Numbered from the stretch's first letter, positions 24,781 to 41,315 are shown. The stretch is 64,000 nt of DNA from Octopus vulgaris (GCA_951406725.2 OX597830.1:29884001-29948000), one strand, 5' to 3'. Made by a program: numbers and translations. Notes: generated from the sequence alone by a model not told the origin.

Positions 24781-24980
24781 GCAGTATCGTTACCACGCCG
24801 GGGAAAATGCTTAGCGGCATTTCTTCGGTCTTTATGTTCTGAGTTCAAATGCCACCGAGATCAAATTTATCTTTCATTCTTTTGGGGGCGATGAAATATG
24901 TACCAGTTGAGCACGAGTCTACGTAATCGAATTCCTCTCTCTCTCCCTAAATTGCGGGCCTTGTATTAAAATTTGAAATC
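24781..24980 (+). mobile_element. SINE family C, diverged
   Basis: aatgcttagcggcatttc...ttctgagttcaaat...ctttcattctttt. Confidence 0.65.
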
Positions 24981-25844
24981 GATATAATACAAAAGACTAT
25001 TTTACATATAGAAGATTCTATCATGTGTACCATTAGTTGAAGGATGGTACTTTTTCTAATGTATTTTTCCTCGGTCTTATCGTCGATTCTTGCCTGTATA
25101 CGGGTTTAAAGATGTTCTGGAATATATTTTTGCACGCCAAGCATAATATATTACTTCAAATCCGTAGTCTTTATTTTCTCCGAGGGTTAAAATAACGCCT
25201 GAACATATGGTAATTTCAGTATGTGTTTGATTTAAACTCAGAAACATTAGATTAGAAACTAATCGATATGATGAATTCATAGTTATTGATTATCCCCAAT
25301 TAGTCCTGATAACTATTTATTAATAACTATGTACGATAAACATGCTCTGATTATCGCATTCTTTTTTCTTTTTAATTACGCATCTCCTGATGTGACCTAA
25401 CATTTCTAAAGCGTTACCTGCGGCTTGAGGAAAGAATGTTCTGCTATTGGTAACAGCTCCAGCAACCGCTTAGAAGATCACTCGTTCGTTCATGATGCAT
25501 ATAAGTTCTTCAATTAACTGTGAACTGCTGGCTCATGTTAACATTACAATGTATATACACAATATTGTTTTTCCTGAATTTCTTCGAACGTTTGTGATTT
25601 ATAAAGAAACGATCTATTCTTAATTTTGTTAATATTATTATTATTTTTTCACTTATAAACAGTGCATGACCTTGCAGGTGGGACCCAGTTAGAATTTTCT
25701 GCAGGTCGAGTAGCCCATCTCACTCAAAAGGTCCTTGAATAAGGATTGTTTAAGGGTGTTGAATGAAACAACCAAGTTTCCAGAGGTGATTTATTCAAAC
25801 CCCAAAGAATTCCTTTCAACATTTGGTTATAATGCTCTCCCTGT

Positions 25845-27201
25845 ACTCTCCCTGGACGGACGGAGTGGTTAAATTGCTCGGGGTCTGGTTTGGTCCTAAT
25901 CTACAGATGGACAAAAACTGGGACGAGGTAACGAGCAGGGTAACTACTATCACCCAGAAATGGACCGAGAGAAACCTATCCCTGAAAAGGCGGGCAGAGA
26001 TGGCTAACGTGTATAACGCGACCGTCATCACTTGACCATCGTACCTTGTCCCAGCCACTCTCTGGACATGCCGTGGTTGATGATGTGCAGACACGCGCTG
26101 AAGCTACGACATCTACAACGCTTCCTTGACGGTGTACAAGTGTTATCGCCGTTCGCCAGATACTTCTGCAGTTAGTTTCTTTAATGAGGCTACAGTCCTG
26201 GGTAAAACAGAGACCCAGGGGTAGCATTTGGAAAGTGAAATGTCTTTCAGCGCTCACAGCCCTTGGCCAATTGGACACTACGATGGGTGGAACGTCCACT
26301 AGCTTTTTATAGAGAATTAGCGGAGAGAAAGTGCGACGACTTTCTTCGGGAGACCTTGGGCGTCGAAGAACATCAGCTAGCTGCTCTTTTCCGGAGAACA
26401 TTCGGCCCGGGACCGATTGATAATTGCCAAAAATCTCTGACCTGGCAGTGCTACCGGAGAGCTTTGCCTGTTTGAGATAGACTTTACAGGTACGGAAGTG
26501 CCGTCAACCGAGCATGTCTGAGATGCGCACTAGATGACGAGACAGTCCTACCTGCAATTGTCCAGTGCCTGAGCATTGCTGACCTGTGGGTTTATATCGA
26601 GCACCAGCTATTGCGTGTGGGACGGATTCGGCTGTCAACTGAATCCGTGGCGAATATCGCACAGCTTCCTTCATTCAACCGGGAAGGAAAGGCAAAGTTT
26701 ATGTGCCTGGTGGCCATGGCGAAAGAAGTTGCATGGTGGACGAGATTGAAGGGGCTGAAGACAAACACTTTTCTCTTCGGCCAATCCCTGATCAACTTCT
26801 TTATGATTCACTTGAAGAGAAAAATAAGGTTAGAGAGGGTCTTTTAGTCAGTTTGCTGAAAGGGGGATGAAAGTTGCAAGAATGGTGCGAGTGAACGGGC
26901 CTGCCCAGAGCATATGCCTGTAGTTAGAAAAGGGGAAAGGAACAGGGGCACCTGCCCCCCAAATTAGGGCACGCATGGTTTTTATGAGGTTTTTTCCATG
27001 AGCAGCCCTTGGACGTCTCCTCCCTGTTGAAGATCACACATTGTTAATTTCTGTTTTAATTTTGTTAGTTTTGTTTATACGCAAAACCCCGCACAACATG
27101 CATTTACACACATACACACACACACACACACAATCTTTGTTTTGTCCCGTACTCTCCATAATGCATTTACCAATGTAAACCCCTGTGGTTAATAAAGAAA
27201 T
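25845..27201 (+). mobile_element. L1/Tx1-like LINE, decayed 3' part (RT C-terminus, CCHC knuckle, 3' UTR)
   Basis: VKLLGVWFG...NW...W..RNLSLKRRA; LTWQCYRRALPV*DRL...CLRC...DETV....VQC; ends aataaagaaat next to (CCT)n/(CAT)n. Confidence 0.85.
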
Positions 27202-27296
27202 CCTCCTCCTCCTCCTCCTCATCATCATCATCATTGTCGTCGTCATCATCGTCATCATGGTCATCATCATCATCATCATCATCATCATCGTCGTCG

Positions 27297-27330
<34 letters not shown>

Positions 27331-27363
27331 TGTCGTCGTCATCATCGTCATCGTCATCATCAG

Positions 27364-27403
<40 letters not shown>

Positions 27404-27488
27404 GTTGTCATCATCGTCATCATCGTCATCGTCATCGTCATCATCATCATCATCGTCATCATCATCATCATCATCATCATTGTCGTCG

Positions 27489-27521
<33 letters not shown>
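27202..27521. repeat. (CCT)n followed by (CAT/CGT)n microsatellite
   Basis: direct reading. Confidence 0.95.
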
Positions 27522-28081
27522 GTATAATGATTGCCACAGTAGCAGTTGTTGTCGTTGTTGATGATAGTGTGTGTAGTTGTTGCTGTTGTTTACTTGAAGA
27601 AACAATGGGTGTGCCTTTGACCTTATTTTGCTCCTGTTCGCTATTATGTGTGGAAGGGCTGAGAGCAATCAGCGATGACTGAGACAGATTAGTTCCGTTG
27701 ACGTATGATATAAATGACTACAGATTACTAGAAGTCGAGGGTGAGGGACGTGTATGCCGAACGGGGGCTTCTGGAAAGTTTCTCTTCTGAGAAAAGCAGG
27801 CTGAGAAAATTTGTTCTACGGAAATATGCAACGTAAAATAAATTTAAATCTGAGAACAAGAGCGACTGGAATAATAAAGATCGAGCGAAGGACCAGCAAA
27901 TGTTTTAAAATAAACTGTTTTTGCTATTGCTTTTCTTGCAGTTTTACTGTTTTTAGGTCTCATGGAAGCTCTAATCATTCAAATGTGTGATCAGAAAAGT
28001 ATTGCAACTGTGGCTTCCTTGAATTTTAATTTTGAATTTTTGTTTTCGTTTTTTTTTTTTGATAGATAATCTATATGGGAT

Positions 28082-28442
28082 CTCTTTTTACTTGTTTCAG
28101 TCATGTGACTGTGGCCATGCTGGAGCACCACCTTTTAGACGAGCAAATCGATCCCAGGACTTATTGTTTGTAAGCCTAGTACTTATTCTATCGGTCTCTT
28201 TTGCCGAACCGTAAACACACCAGCATCGGTTGTCAAGCTATGCTGGGGGACAAACACAAACATACACACACACATACATATACATATATACGACGGGCTT
28301 CTTTCAGTTTCCGTCAACCAAATCCACTCACAAGGCTTTGGTCGGCCCGAAGCTATAGTAGAAGACACTTGCCCAATGTGCCACGCAGTGGGACTGAACC
28401 CGGAACCATGTGGGACTGAACCCGTAGGTCACTCCTATGCCT
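28082..28442 (-). mobile_element. SINE family A
   Basis: matches the reverse complement of 52519-52912. Confidence 0.9.
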
Positions 28443-30724
28443 ATTATATAATAAAATATATATCTATGGAGATAGATTCAAAGTGACGAAATGCAAAGTG
28501 GTGATATGAAACCATATCTGTGGTAATAAAGACAAGAGAAATTTTTACCTTTAAAAAGTAGAAACGTGAAGAGAAGGCAACTGAGAGGGGCTGAGGTAGT
28601 AACAACGAAAACAGGTCCAGATTTTAAGTTATCATCAATCACTGTTCTTGAAATGGTAGTCGAGGGTCACCTACATCCGGGTATTAGAATTGATTGAACA
28701 AACAAATGTTTTTTTTTTTTTTACTACGTCAACCTGATGTGAGGAGTAGATGATTCTCATGAGGAGGAGTAGATCAATAGAACGAGGAGGAGTAGATGGA
28801 CGACTTTCAGTCTATTGGCGAATGTCTGTACCAGTCAAATACATGAGTCGATTTAATCGATTTGCAAAATTATGGCCTTGTGTCTATGTTAGAAACGGTA
28901 TTTTGTTTTTACTTTTGTGGGAAATAAACTAAAAGTGCAAATTAAAATGTGTGCTATCTTCTCTTTTATCTCTTCTGTTAATGTTTATTATCTTGTAAAA
29001 CTCGCATGTGTCGAATAAAACTAAATATAAGCTCTGTAATATAGTATTTTAACTCTTTCGCTGACAAGGAATATTCCATAGACACACATAGAGTTACATA
29101 CATACATGAAATGGGAAGAATGCTGCTGGCATTCTTAGGTCTGCGGGAAACAATAACAAACATGATTCTAATAAGAATCAATCTCATATTGCCCAGCATT
29201 TTGCGCGTCGTTGTTTATGGCCATCATCTCAAACAGCAATCGAACTTGTCTCTCCGAGATATGTCTGCCATAATGCCAGTCTACGCTGGCTGCACATATT
29301 CATATATATACAAACAAATATCTAATGATGCATACGTCTTGCATATAAATATATAATTCTATTTCATGTTCTTTCTTTGATCTGCCTTATCGTTCATTTT
29401 GAAAAAATATAAATGCAATATTTTTTTTTAAAGTAAGGGAAGAAAAGTAATACACATAAATGTGTGTATGTTTATACATCTGTAGAACTTATATGTGCGC
29501 GTATATATACGCATTCATGCATAATATTTTAGTGTTTTCTGTAGGCATGCACACATGTGATTGCGTTTATGTAACGTATGTGCGTATGGTATGTTTGTAT
29601 GTATTTTTGTATGAATGAAGGTACGTATGTATATGTGTATGCGTATAGATGTGTACACGTGTGTATATGAAGAATCATACTCAACACTAATTTAAGCTTT
29701 TGATCATGTTTCGAATAAAGATATCCCAAATCAAATAGAAATAATTTGTTTTGTGATATCAAACTGATACCATACACCACAGGGAGAGATTTTCCAATAG
29801 AAATAAATAAATAAAGAGTGAAAACGGAAGAAATAGGACATTAACAGATTAGAATAACATCGAAACAGTTTAGAGAAACAATTATTAACAGAATTTAACA
29901 ACATTAAACCCGTTTTAAAGATATGAATCTAACAGATGACAAACGCCATCGAGAGCTTTGATAAAAATCGATTGTAATAGGATATAATACCGTTGAGAGG
30001 ATTTATACAATTGTTATTCAAAGGATATAGCCGTAATCCATGAATTCGAGGAAATCTGATAGAAATTTGAAGGAGAGGAAAAATGAAAGAAAAAAAGGAA
30101 AGAAAGAAATCAATGCAAATATTTAAGAAGATGAATTGCGAGGATGTGAATGGTGGACAATAAAATAATATTAATTTCGATTAATCTAATAAATGGGGAG
30201 TGTTAATCCGTTTCAAATGCTGCACTAGCGGAATTCAATGAAATTTTGACTGGAGGAGGTGAAACAAACCTTGCAAGGTATGCAGGTTATTACATTAAAC
30301 GTCATCGTATATGGAATAATGTCTGTGCTTGATACAACCATATAAAATAGCTAAAATAGTGTAGTCTAAGTTAAATTTAGGTACCTATAAGGAGATGATA
30401 CGTATGATTATAAAAATGCATACATTTACATATATTTATATATATACATACATACATATATCTATGTCTATCTATATACATACACACACGCACGCATACA
30501 TACACACACACACACACACACATATATGTATATCCTCTATGTGTGATTGGGTGCGTACACGTGTGTGCCAGTGTGTATAGACGACGAAGGCGCAGCTGTG
30601 TGATGCTGAAGATTGTTTCACGATCAGTCCCAATCATCTGTCATAAACCTGAATCGAGTAACGCCTTGTGACAGAATTGGATAAATGGAATGGCGCAAAA
30701 CCCCGTCGGGTACACACACACACA

Positions 30725-30810
<86 letters not shown>

Positions 30811-31254
30811 GATACATGTATAGGTATATGTATATATATATACATATATTTGTATTTATATATACATACATATGTAAAGGCATATATATATGTATACACA
30901 CACATATATGTGTGTGTGTGTATGTGTATGAATTTATGCAGATTTGTATGGAGATATAGATAAGTAAAGAGATCGCTCGATCAATAAACAGACAGACAGA
31001 CATTGATTGATTGATATATATGTAAGCAGTGGGTTTAGAATTACAAACGTAGGATTTGCAAACTAAAGCGATGTCGAAAATTTTGAAATAGCAACGACAA
31101 TTCATGTCTTTGGAATAAATTGTTTTGTCCGAGTGTCTGTGCTTACAAATATAGACATATTTTTTAATTTGTCTATATTTCTTTCATTTTATCTAGTTTC
31201 AGCTCACTAGCTGTGGCCATGCTGGGGCACCGTAATCACAAATAAAGGATATAG

Positions 31255-31316
<62 letters not shown>

Positions 31317-31879
31317 GTGTTTGTGTGTGTGTATGTATGTACATAGATAGACAAAGATATATGTATTTATGTATATGTATATGTGTATATGTATCTTCTA
31401 GTCTTTTTATGTATCTATGTATGGATATAGCGATATTAGTTTTAATAAGTTGTGTACAATAGTTTCAACAATTTATATTTTGACTAACAGCAGCTACACC
31501 AGTACTATAAAAAGCATAGCCCCATCTTTAAGACAACCGCTATCACAGACACCATTATTACAAGCATAATCTGATTCCCTCATCCCATCACGAACAAAAA
31601 AATTATCATTAACTGCACTGCCCTAAAAACAACCAATAAAGAACTAAAGAACCACTTACATGAAAATACTGACACCACTCACAGCAACTACATAGCATCA
31701 ACTAAAAAATATCCTCTCACATATGATATATCCAAATATCACTACATACACCATCGTAAAAATCAAACGCCCAGAAGAAAGAAATTCACTAGAACGAAAC
31801 ACTTATACCTCCACAGGAACAAAGTAAATGAACTTTTTTCTCGCCTCCTTCTCTCTTGCCGATCATGCCCGTGCTCAGA

Positions 31880-33010
31880 ATAGGCAGAATGAATGCTGTG
31901 ACTTATCAGTGACATTAGGCTTTGCGATCCACAAGCCATCCTAAACATTCTCGGTTGTAACGAGATTTACTTATCTCCAAGACAACTGGGATTTGGAGGT
32001 GGAACTGATGCGCTGATTCGGAGGACTCTTGATTTCACGACAGGGACCCTCTTCCTGAACCAGAAGATGAGTTAGTAGCCCTCAATATAAACAGTAGTGC
32101 AGCAGATCCTTTCAGACTAGCATATGTTTACGCTCCGAGAGAGTGAGACAGTCGGAATTCCTTAGGCACCAGGAATTTTCCTATGAAAGTATCTCTCTTC
32201 AATGATGGTGGCCGACTGAAACGCTATCTTGGATGCACTTTTGGATTGTGCGGAGTTAGCTGGTAGGAGAGTGGGATTAAAAGCCTCACAAACCTGCTGA
32301 GACGTCATTAGCTGTTTGACAGGTATTGTTTGTATTTCCCGAATGTGCTAGTGAGGCCATGGTCAAACCATGTCAAGGCATTACGATATATTTGAGCTGG
32401 TATTGAAGGAGTCAGTCGTCAACAATAAATGGTGGTTCGTCTTCAAAAACCCAATTAGAGTAGAATTCATTACGTTTATTAATCTCGTAGTGTGAGAGGA
32501 AAATAGAATAGGAGATTTGGGAATTTTTAAAAGACTTCTAGAAAATCATTGAGATCAGCGTTCTTTCACACACGAGGACAGGAAAGCTACTCTATAAGAT
32601 CGAGTGGCAACAGTATCACAATCCAGTCGTTGGGACTATATTAGAGAATGTTCCCCGAGTCCAAGTAGATGTATAAAGCTTTTGAACAGCTTTTGTTCGA
32701 TTGTTTAGGATGAATGGCCAGGTCGCAACACAAGATGGATTGCAATGCCTTTCCCGACAGCCTGCCACGTCTCTTGTCTGGAGAGGCGAAGTGTTGCAAA
32801 AAATTGATAACAGCTGCGCAAATGAGGGGAAGTCGCTTGTCTTGCATGGTCGGTCCGACGAGCTTTACTTTTATTTGTTAGACTTTTCGGAGGCATGTTG
32901 ACAGATATCTAGCACAGCTGGTAGCAGACCAAGAGGATTACCAGTTCTGTGAGTCTAGAATTGGTGGCAAGACAAAGAAAAGACCCAAATATGGGGTGAT
33001 TACGTTTATA
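31880..33010 (+). mobile_element. heavily decayed L1/Tx1-like ORF2 fragment (APE endonuclease to start of RT)
   Basis: broken frames give FRLAYVYAP (cf. VNVYAP), MVAD*NAILD (cf. GDFN) and KSLVLHGRSDELY (cf. KSPGxDGxxxEFY). Confidence 0.65.
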
Positions 33011-33099
33011 ATCTGAGTTCCAAATAGAAGGTAGAATTGTTTCTTCATCATTGTCACAGTGTCGTAAAACAGTAACAAGGCCCTGATCAGTATTGCCCT

Positions 33100-33245
33100 T
33101 AATAATCCTTTCTACTATAGGTACAAGGCCTGAAATGGTGGGTGAGGAGGAGACTAGTCGATTACATCAACCCCAGTGTTTCACTAGTACGTGATTTATC
33201 GACCTCGAAACGCTGAAAGGCTAACTCTACCCCGGCGGAAGTTAA
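33100..33245 (-). mobile_element. SINE family C 3' half, diverged
   Basis: gtcgattacatcaaccccagtg...tttatcgacctcgaaacgctgaaaggc...ccggcggaa. Confidence 0.65.
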
Positions 33246-34531
33246 AGCACCGCACTTAATACGAGTCGGTGATAGTAGCAACAATCAGCAAGAGAAAACA
33301 ATTGGGCCTATAGCTTGTAACCTGGAGAGGTAGGTCCATTGCTATCCTTCAACTGATTTCTTAAAGTGTAGGTGAATGTAGCAAAGATGGCCTGAGTAAA
33401 CGGGTTTGCTTTGAGTACTCAATGGATCTACTCTGAGTAAACTGATTGAGAAGATTAAATGACTTAGTGGTCAGGGGATCAATGGTTTTGTAAGGTTTCT
33501 GCATGTAGTCCTTAGAATCCTTCCACCTTAAAATTTTAGCATTGAACCTGATCGAGCACTGTATTCGTTTCCTTTCAAATATGTTACCTAGGACATGTTT
33601 TACCAATGCAAATATCCTCGTTGATTGCTATGTATTTGCTGATCCAACGACCAGGTAAATATCCATTTTCTTTTCTCTTGCGCCCTTACAAACGCTTTCA
33701 GTTGAAGCTGAAAATGAACGCCATTTTTGCTTACAAGCAAAATGATTAACGTCATATTCGCAGTATTATTTCGTTAAATATTTATCCCATTGCAGTCTTC
33801 GGAAGAAGTCTTACATGTGATATAGCATGCTACTTTAGTGAGAACACTATGAAGCATAGCAAGAGAAAATATAACAAGACATTATATGCAATAGTTTGAA
33901 TTGTATGAATCATTAGAGGATACCACAAAATAACATAAGGCATCTGTTGTGGCTCTTCCTGTTCTGAGTTCAAATATCACTGAGGTTAACTTAGATTTTC
34001 ATCCATCCATGATCGTTAAAATAAGGTTACAGTAAAGTACCGGGCTTGATGGCACCAAGTTGAATTCTCTCAAAAATAATGGTCTTGTGGGTGTAGTACA
34101 GACAACTAGATGCATAAATTGATAGGTGTAATACATATATATAGTAAGAGAGACAAAGATAGATAGCGTGAGAGAGGGTGGGTAGTTGAATGTGTGAATA
34201 TGCATATATATATAATGTGTTATCAACTGGAATATAACTATGTTGTGAAGGAAGATGACCCAGAGGCATTTAAATGCTACCGATATCTCGAGCAATTTAA
34301 TGAATGGAATATATATGTGTATCTATGTATTTAAACATGTATGTAACATACGCATGTATAGAGTTGAACATGTAACATAAAAGTGTGTCTGTGTTTGTAG
34401 TACAAGTACGTATGTGTGACATACAGCTCAATACATGTATATACAGACATAGATACTATTGTGGACATATAGACATTATTCTATACATTCATTCGTAACT
34501 CACACCCACAGACAGAAATCAAATAACGACA

Positions 34532-34563
<32 letters not shown>

Positions 34564-34842
34564 CATACATACGTATACAAATATACTAATATATAGATGC
34601 CTTGCATATCCTTCCTCTACGGTAAATGGAAGCTGAGTTGAAGCAAATCAAATATATAAATATACAGATGAATAATTTAATAAATACAAATGTAAATGAA
34701 TAAAGAAAATGGAACAAAGAAAGTAAGTAGAAACAATTGAAATTATATAATTACAGTTATATCCGTCAGTATGAAGGAATGCCTCGATGCACTTACATTT
34801 GTCCTTGGTTTATGTATCTGTATCATATACGATAAATACGTG

Positions 34843-34894
<52 letters not shown>

Positions 34895-35193
34895 GCGTAC
34901 GTACGTCCGTAAGTATGTATGTATGCATGTATGAATATACTAACGTGAGCGTATATGTGTGTATGTGTGAATTTATTGATGTATATGTCCATTTATTTCT
35001 ACTTATATATATATATATATATCTTAATGTAACTGCGCATATATACATATGTGTGTGTGTAGGAATGTAGTAGATAGACATACATATATATACACATACA
35101 TACATGCATATATATATATATATATATATATACATGCATGTATATATATATACTTACATTTATGTATGTGTGTATGTATAACTATACATAAAT

Positions 35194-35232
<39 letters not shown>

Positions 35233-36002
35233 CACACACACATATATATAATTACACCCACGCACAAACACACACAGACACACACACAGATATGCGTGCC
35301 TGTAGAAAATGGGGAGAATGGGGAATGGGAAGAAAAACAGAGAATCGAAAGAACCATCATCTAGAGCGAAATTGAGATTGTGATTGAGCGATAGAGTAAC
35401 AGAATTTAAGTGAAATCTCAATCCGCTCATTTCTTTCAGTCATTTTCTTGAGGAATACCTATCTATGCAAGTAAATTAATTTCCCGAATCATTAAACAAT
35501 TATTTGGATAAACGTTCCGATGAGAAGCAAAATAAGAAATTTCCTGAACCACTTCTAAAGATGATGGTGCTTTTGATCCCACCAATTATTCAGTATTACT
35601 AAGTGTCTCGTATTTAAGCGTAGCCAAATCTATAATCAGGCAGCAAAGTATTGTAGCCCCCATAGGGTAACTACATGATCGATATCCTTCACTTACGTTC
35701 GTTCCCACACAATGCAGGATTACTTTGAAGAAGGTGAATTCTTGTTAATAGACTTTTTAACAAAGCTTTCAACTCCCCTTTATCCCAAGTTTTCCCAGCT
35801 ACCAAATATCTGTTTTTCTTCTCCTTCTACAACTTCTGCCTCTCTCTCTCTCTCTCTTCATACATTTCGCTTTCTTCCCTCTTGATATACATACACCCAT
35901 GCTGATACATACATACATAGGCACACACACACACACACACACAAACGCATAGGCACACACACATATGTGCATACATTCATGAACACAAACATATATATAT
36001 TT

Positions 36003-36061
<59 letters not shown>

Positions 36062-36077
36062 CATATATACATGCATG

Positions 36078-36111
<34 letters not shown>

Positions 36112-36138
36112 TATACATATATATATACATATATATAC

Positions 36139-36217
<79 letters not shown>

Positions 36218-37857
36218 TACATATGTATGTACATTTATAGTTACTTACTTAAATCGTTCAATTTCTCTGTCTATATGTTTGTAAGGATGTTCAAATGTGT
36301 TTCTGAACGAATTTGAGGCCTCCTTCGCTAGTAGTGATTATTCGCTTCTTCATATTCGTTCCAATCTATGAATTAATAGATCAGTTGCAATTTCTTTCTC
36401 GCATATTCACTGTTTCGGTTAGCTTTACACAAAAGCATGGTTCATTCCTTGCAGCCTGCAGGTTTGCGCAATTCCCAGTATGAAAGTACGTGCACACCCA
36501 CGTACACACTCACGCACGCACACACACACACATACACACACACAGCACACACACGTACAGAACACACACAGACACACACAAACACACACACTCATAGACA
36601 CAGATAACATATTTGGTGGACGCGATTGTCGCTATTAAAATATACATCCGTTTAGCATACTCAACACTCACGCGCACACACACATACATGTACACATATA
36701 TATATATATGAGCGTGTGTGGGTTTGTATCATAGAAACGCGCAATCCTGTTGGTTTCGTCAAGAATTAATTGTTTCATAGACAAGTTCTTTAAAAAAATG
36801 TTTTATATTTCGGACCGACGTGAACATCATCTCCCCAGTAACTCACAAGAATGCCAGATGTATTTCAGCTTTCTTGATACCTTGTAATGAGGTATACCGC
36901 TTTTCAATGCTTAAACGAAATTTTCCACATTCTGATATACAGGATACAGTGAACAGCACTTCTACTGACATTGCGAAAAGCTTTCCGTGGTGTAATAAAC
37001 ACAATATACCCAATATGCATAAAGTTGCATACACACATATTTACACACGCACACACACAGACACACACACTTGCATAGAGTCATACATTCATGTATACAT
37101 GAATTGCGAATACATTTACATGCATACAGCAAACGAATATGCATACACTCCACGTCACTCTGTATATATATATATATATCGTGGAGTGGCACTATAAGGC
37201 TTTCTCTACAGAATAACCCACAAGGCATTGCCTCTAGTGTCGCCTTGTTCTTTGCCGCTCATCGTGAGTATCTACTCCATTCTTCCTACAGAGTAATAAC
37301 GAGTAACTTCAAGTACATAAGACAAATACTGTTATACTGCTAACGCATTAATAATTAATTTAATAATTGATTCAACAATTAAATTCCGCTAAGGTTCATT
37401 CTGTTCTTCATCCTTCCAGTGTCGAGAAAGTAAAAAGCCTTTCAGCACTGGTATCAGTGGAATCGACTAGCCTTCCCGCCTAAGTTTCCTGGTATTGTAC
37501 CTATAACAGAAAACATGAATTTAACGAACTACCTATGACGTATCAATTCTACAAGTTTGGTGTAATTGACTTAGCAATCTCTTTCAAAAGAGTTATTAAT
37601 TCAATATTTCCGTAGTCATTTAACAATTATTGCAAGAGCAATTATTATTCATATAAATATATATTAGATTTTAAACCCGATTGAAGCTAGACCATTTGGT
37701 CCTCGTTTCGTTATTTACTGCACGATTGTATAAAGAAAGACATTTGTTCCTGCCGTCCAACATATGTAATTAAATTTAATTAATTTATATAAGCAGATTT
37801 TGCTTAAATCAATAAGATCAAAAATTAACACTGATGGAGAGCTCACAATTTATTGTA

Positions 37858-37888
<31 letters not shown>

Positions 37889-38726
37889 GGGTTTGTGTAT
37901 AGACATATATACACATATATTTACACTCACACGCACCACATTCATACGTGTGTGTATGTATATATATAATGAGAGATAAGGAGAGAGAAAGAGACAGGCA
38001 GAGAGCCAGACAGACTGAGAACGGAGACAGGCAGTGTCAGAGTGTATGATACGAGGGAGAGTCCATAGGTGATTGTGATATAATTTCCAATAAGAAGTTT
38101 CGAATCTAACGTTTTGTTTGGGTTTGCAGGGGGGGGGGGCAGTGTAACGTGTGTGTAATGGGGCCAATGTGTATTAGTCTGTGCACATCTATATGTATAT
38201 CAATATGTTTGTGTATGTGTGTGTCCCTGTGTGTATTTATAACCAAATTTACCTCAGCTCACATTTTAGGCACTTATAAGAAAAAAAGTAAGAGGTCAAA
38301 AGTATATATGCATTTCTTCATTCTCGTAGATAGAATGGCTTTGATCAAAGCTGAACTGGGGCTAAATAGTGATATGAATAGCTAAAACAACAACAACTGA
38401 GCTCCTTAAGCCTCAAACTTAAATCAATATATGTATAACCCTGTTATTACATACTGCCACCGGAAAAAGATCTCCAGAATGTTTTGTTTTGAAATGTGCT
38501 CGCATGATGGATATAATCCATTATTACAATATGCAGTATCGCAGCAAGGAATGACTTATCTGATGATAATATGGATCTATATAGTACGATGTTCTGGGAT
38601 GTCATATGAGATTGTATTATAATGGTTTTTGAATTTAGTTTCAAATTTGAAGAAAACTTCTGCCTTTCCTCCTGACTGATAAATCGTTTTCATTGCTGGT
38701 TCTACCAGTAGTCGTCGGCGTTATCA

Positions 38727-38762
<36 letters not shown>

Positions 38763-39780
38763 CAGCAGTAGCAGCAGGAGAATATAGTGGAGGTCAAGTA
38801 TGCTATAACTACTGTTTTATTCTGCGATTCCAAAAATAAGCTAATTAGCCTAGCAATGAGTAAGCAATTGCAAAATATAGCCAATAGGAAGCTGAATAGA
38901 AGTCTGGATGGCCTCTTCTGGAATGTCTTTTATCATGTATCAGATAGATCAGATGCATTGTATAGTTAAACAACAATAACGTAAATTAACTATCTAAATT
39001 TTCCTGAGTTATTCAGAGTTACATAACATGAAGTTTATAGAACTAGGTAACGGTGACCAGGAGAAGTAGTTTTCACTATCATAGAAAAGTTTATTTCCTT
39101 CTTCGAAATGGCCAAGGACCAGAACACCTTTACTGATTAAATGTCGCACAGTTAACATGTCAACCATAATAAAGTGGTCGTTTTGTAAAATAACAGAAAA
39201 AGAGAATGTAGTTAAATGCATATCCTAAAAACAGTGAACTGCACCGACCAATCAACAGCCGGATTTGGTATTGTAAGAATAGATTCAAAATCAAACAAAC
39301 CGACATTTAGATGGATTAATATGTGAAAATATCTTTGAATTTATTGAAGAAATAAAGCTACATCATAGGAGACTACAATACGGAAGCATTCAAACTCTTA
39401 TTTATAACATAAATAGCATATTTTGGGTGTTGTTTCTCATATATAACAAACACTTTAGTTAAAATTTATTTCACATAGGATTCTCAACGTACAATTCTCG
39501 GTAACATTTGCAGATGTTTCAGAATATATATTAATATGTAATTGCTGGTATGCTTTATTCACACTTGACCTTGTTATTTCTGCATCAAAACTGAGTCAAG
39601 GGTTAAATATTTGGGTATTGTTACGATGCAGAAATTAACCGAGTTAAGTCGTTACCGAATGATTTTAAATATCAATGAAGCTACACATGATGGTAATAAA
39701 ATAGATATATGAAAAATATATAGAACATATATAGATATGAGTATATGTATTACACACACACACATACGTGTGAGTATGTG

Positions 39781-39833
<53 letters not shown>

Positions 39834-40042
39834 ATGTTGATAGGCAGATAGACAGAAGATATATGCTACGTACCTTTATACATACATACATACATACATA
39901 CATACATACATACATACATACATACATACATGCATGCATGCATATATAACAAACATTCAATGACTACGTGACACATGAAACCAGATATTTCGCTGTCGAC
40001 AACAATACATTTAAGTGACTTAAATATCTACGCTGGTTGTAA

Positions 40043-40133
<91 letters not shown>

Positions 40134-40156
40134 CTATATGGATATGTATATATAAG

Positions 40157-40195
<39 letters not shown>

Positions 40196-40508
40196 CTGAT
40201 AAACAATTACAGACGTTCGGTTGTCTCCCGTTTGTTTTTACATTCAGTATAGGTTATGTCGTTTGCTTATTTACCATACAATTTTTTCATAGATGATGGT
40301 TTTATATATGTAAAACATACTGTGAAAAATGTCACTCTGTTTGAGGAAAATTGAAATTTACATGAATAAGTGAAGATTCATTCTCAACTTGAAGTGTAGC
40401 GTTTAAAACATATATATATATATACATATATATAAATATATATATATGTATGCATGTATGCATGTATATATGTTTATATATATACATATATATACACACA
40501 CATATATA

Positions 40509-40669
<161 letters not shown>

Positions 40670-40864
40670 TGATGGATGGATAGATATACACATACATATA
40701 TATAATTGATGGATTCTCTAGTAGTGAACGACAAATGAAAGTTCAGTAAAATAAAGTGGTAATGATGTTCTATGGATGCCGTTGTGTCTCTTGAGGTCTG
40801 CAGATATAAAAAGATAACTAATATATAAATATCAGCTACTAAATAACAATTGTTTTATACCTCC

Positions 40865-41030
40865 TCCATTTTTTATGGTGTCTTGTCATCTGGTTTTGGG
40901 AAGACATTAGCTTCATTTTTTTCCTTACATAAAATCACTGTCTCTAGTGTCTCAGCCTTCAGATGTCAACACTAAACACATCTTCCAAATGATCCTTCCC
41001 CATCTGCATTCCTCTGAAAAATTCCACCTT
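40865..41030 (-). mobile_element. possible RTE-like LINE 3' remnant
   Basis: minus strand reads LETVIL...PKTR*QDTIK, resembling the RTE C-terminal RGRPxxRWxD motif. Confidence 0.35.
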
Positions 41031-41168
41031 AGACGAATATAATAGTATATATATATTAGTTTTGATATTTGCAGGGAGCACAAACCTCAACAATCTCACC
41101 AAACTGGGAATTTCGAAGACGTCCTTCAGCATTAGCGTACTTTAAAACTAAACAAATATTTATATAAA

Positions 41169-41233
<65 letters not shown>

Positions 41234-41260
41234 CCTATATGTATATATATATATATATAC

Positions 41261-41310
<50 letters not shown>

Positions 41311-41315
<5 letters not shown>

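Noticed and set aside
30225-30285. Possible micro-exon (EFNEILTGGGETNLA followed by gtatgc)
   Set aside because: No polypyrimidine tract and no recognisable protein similarity
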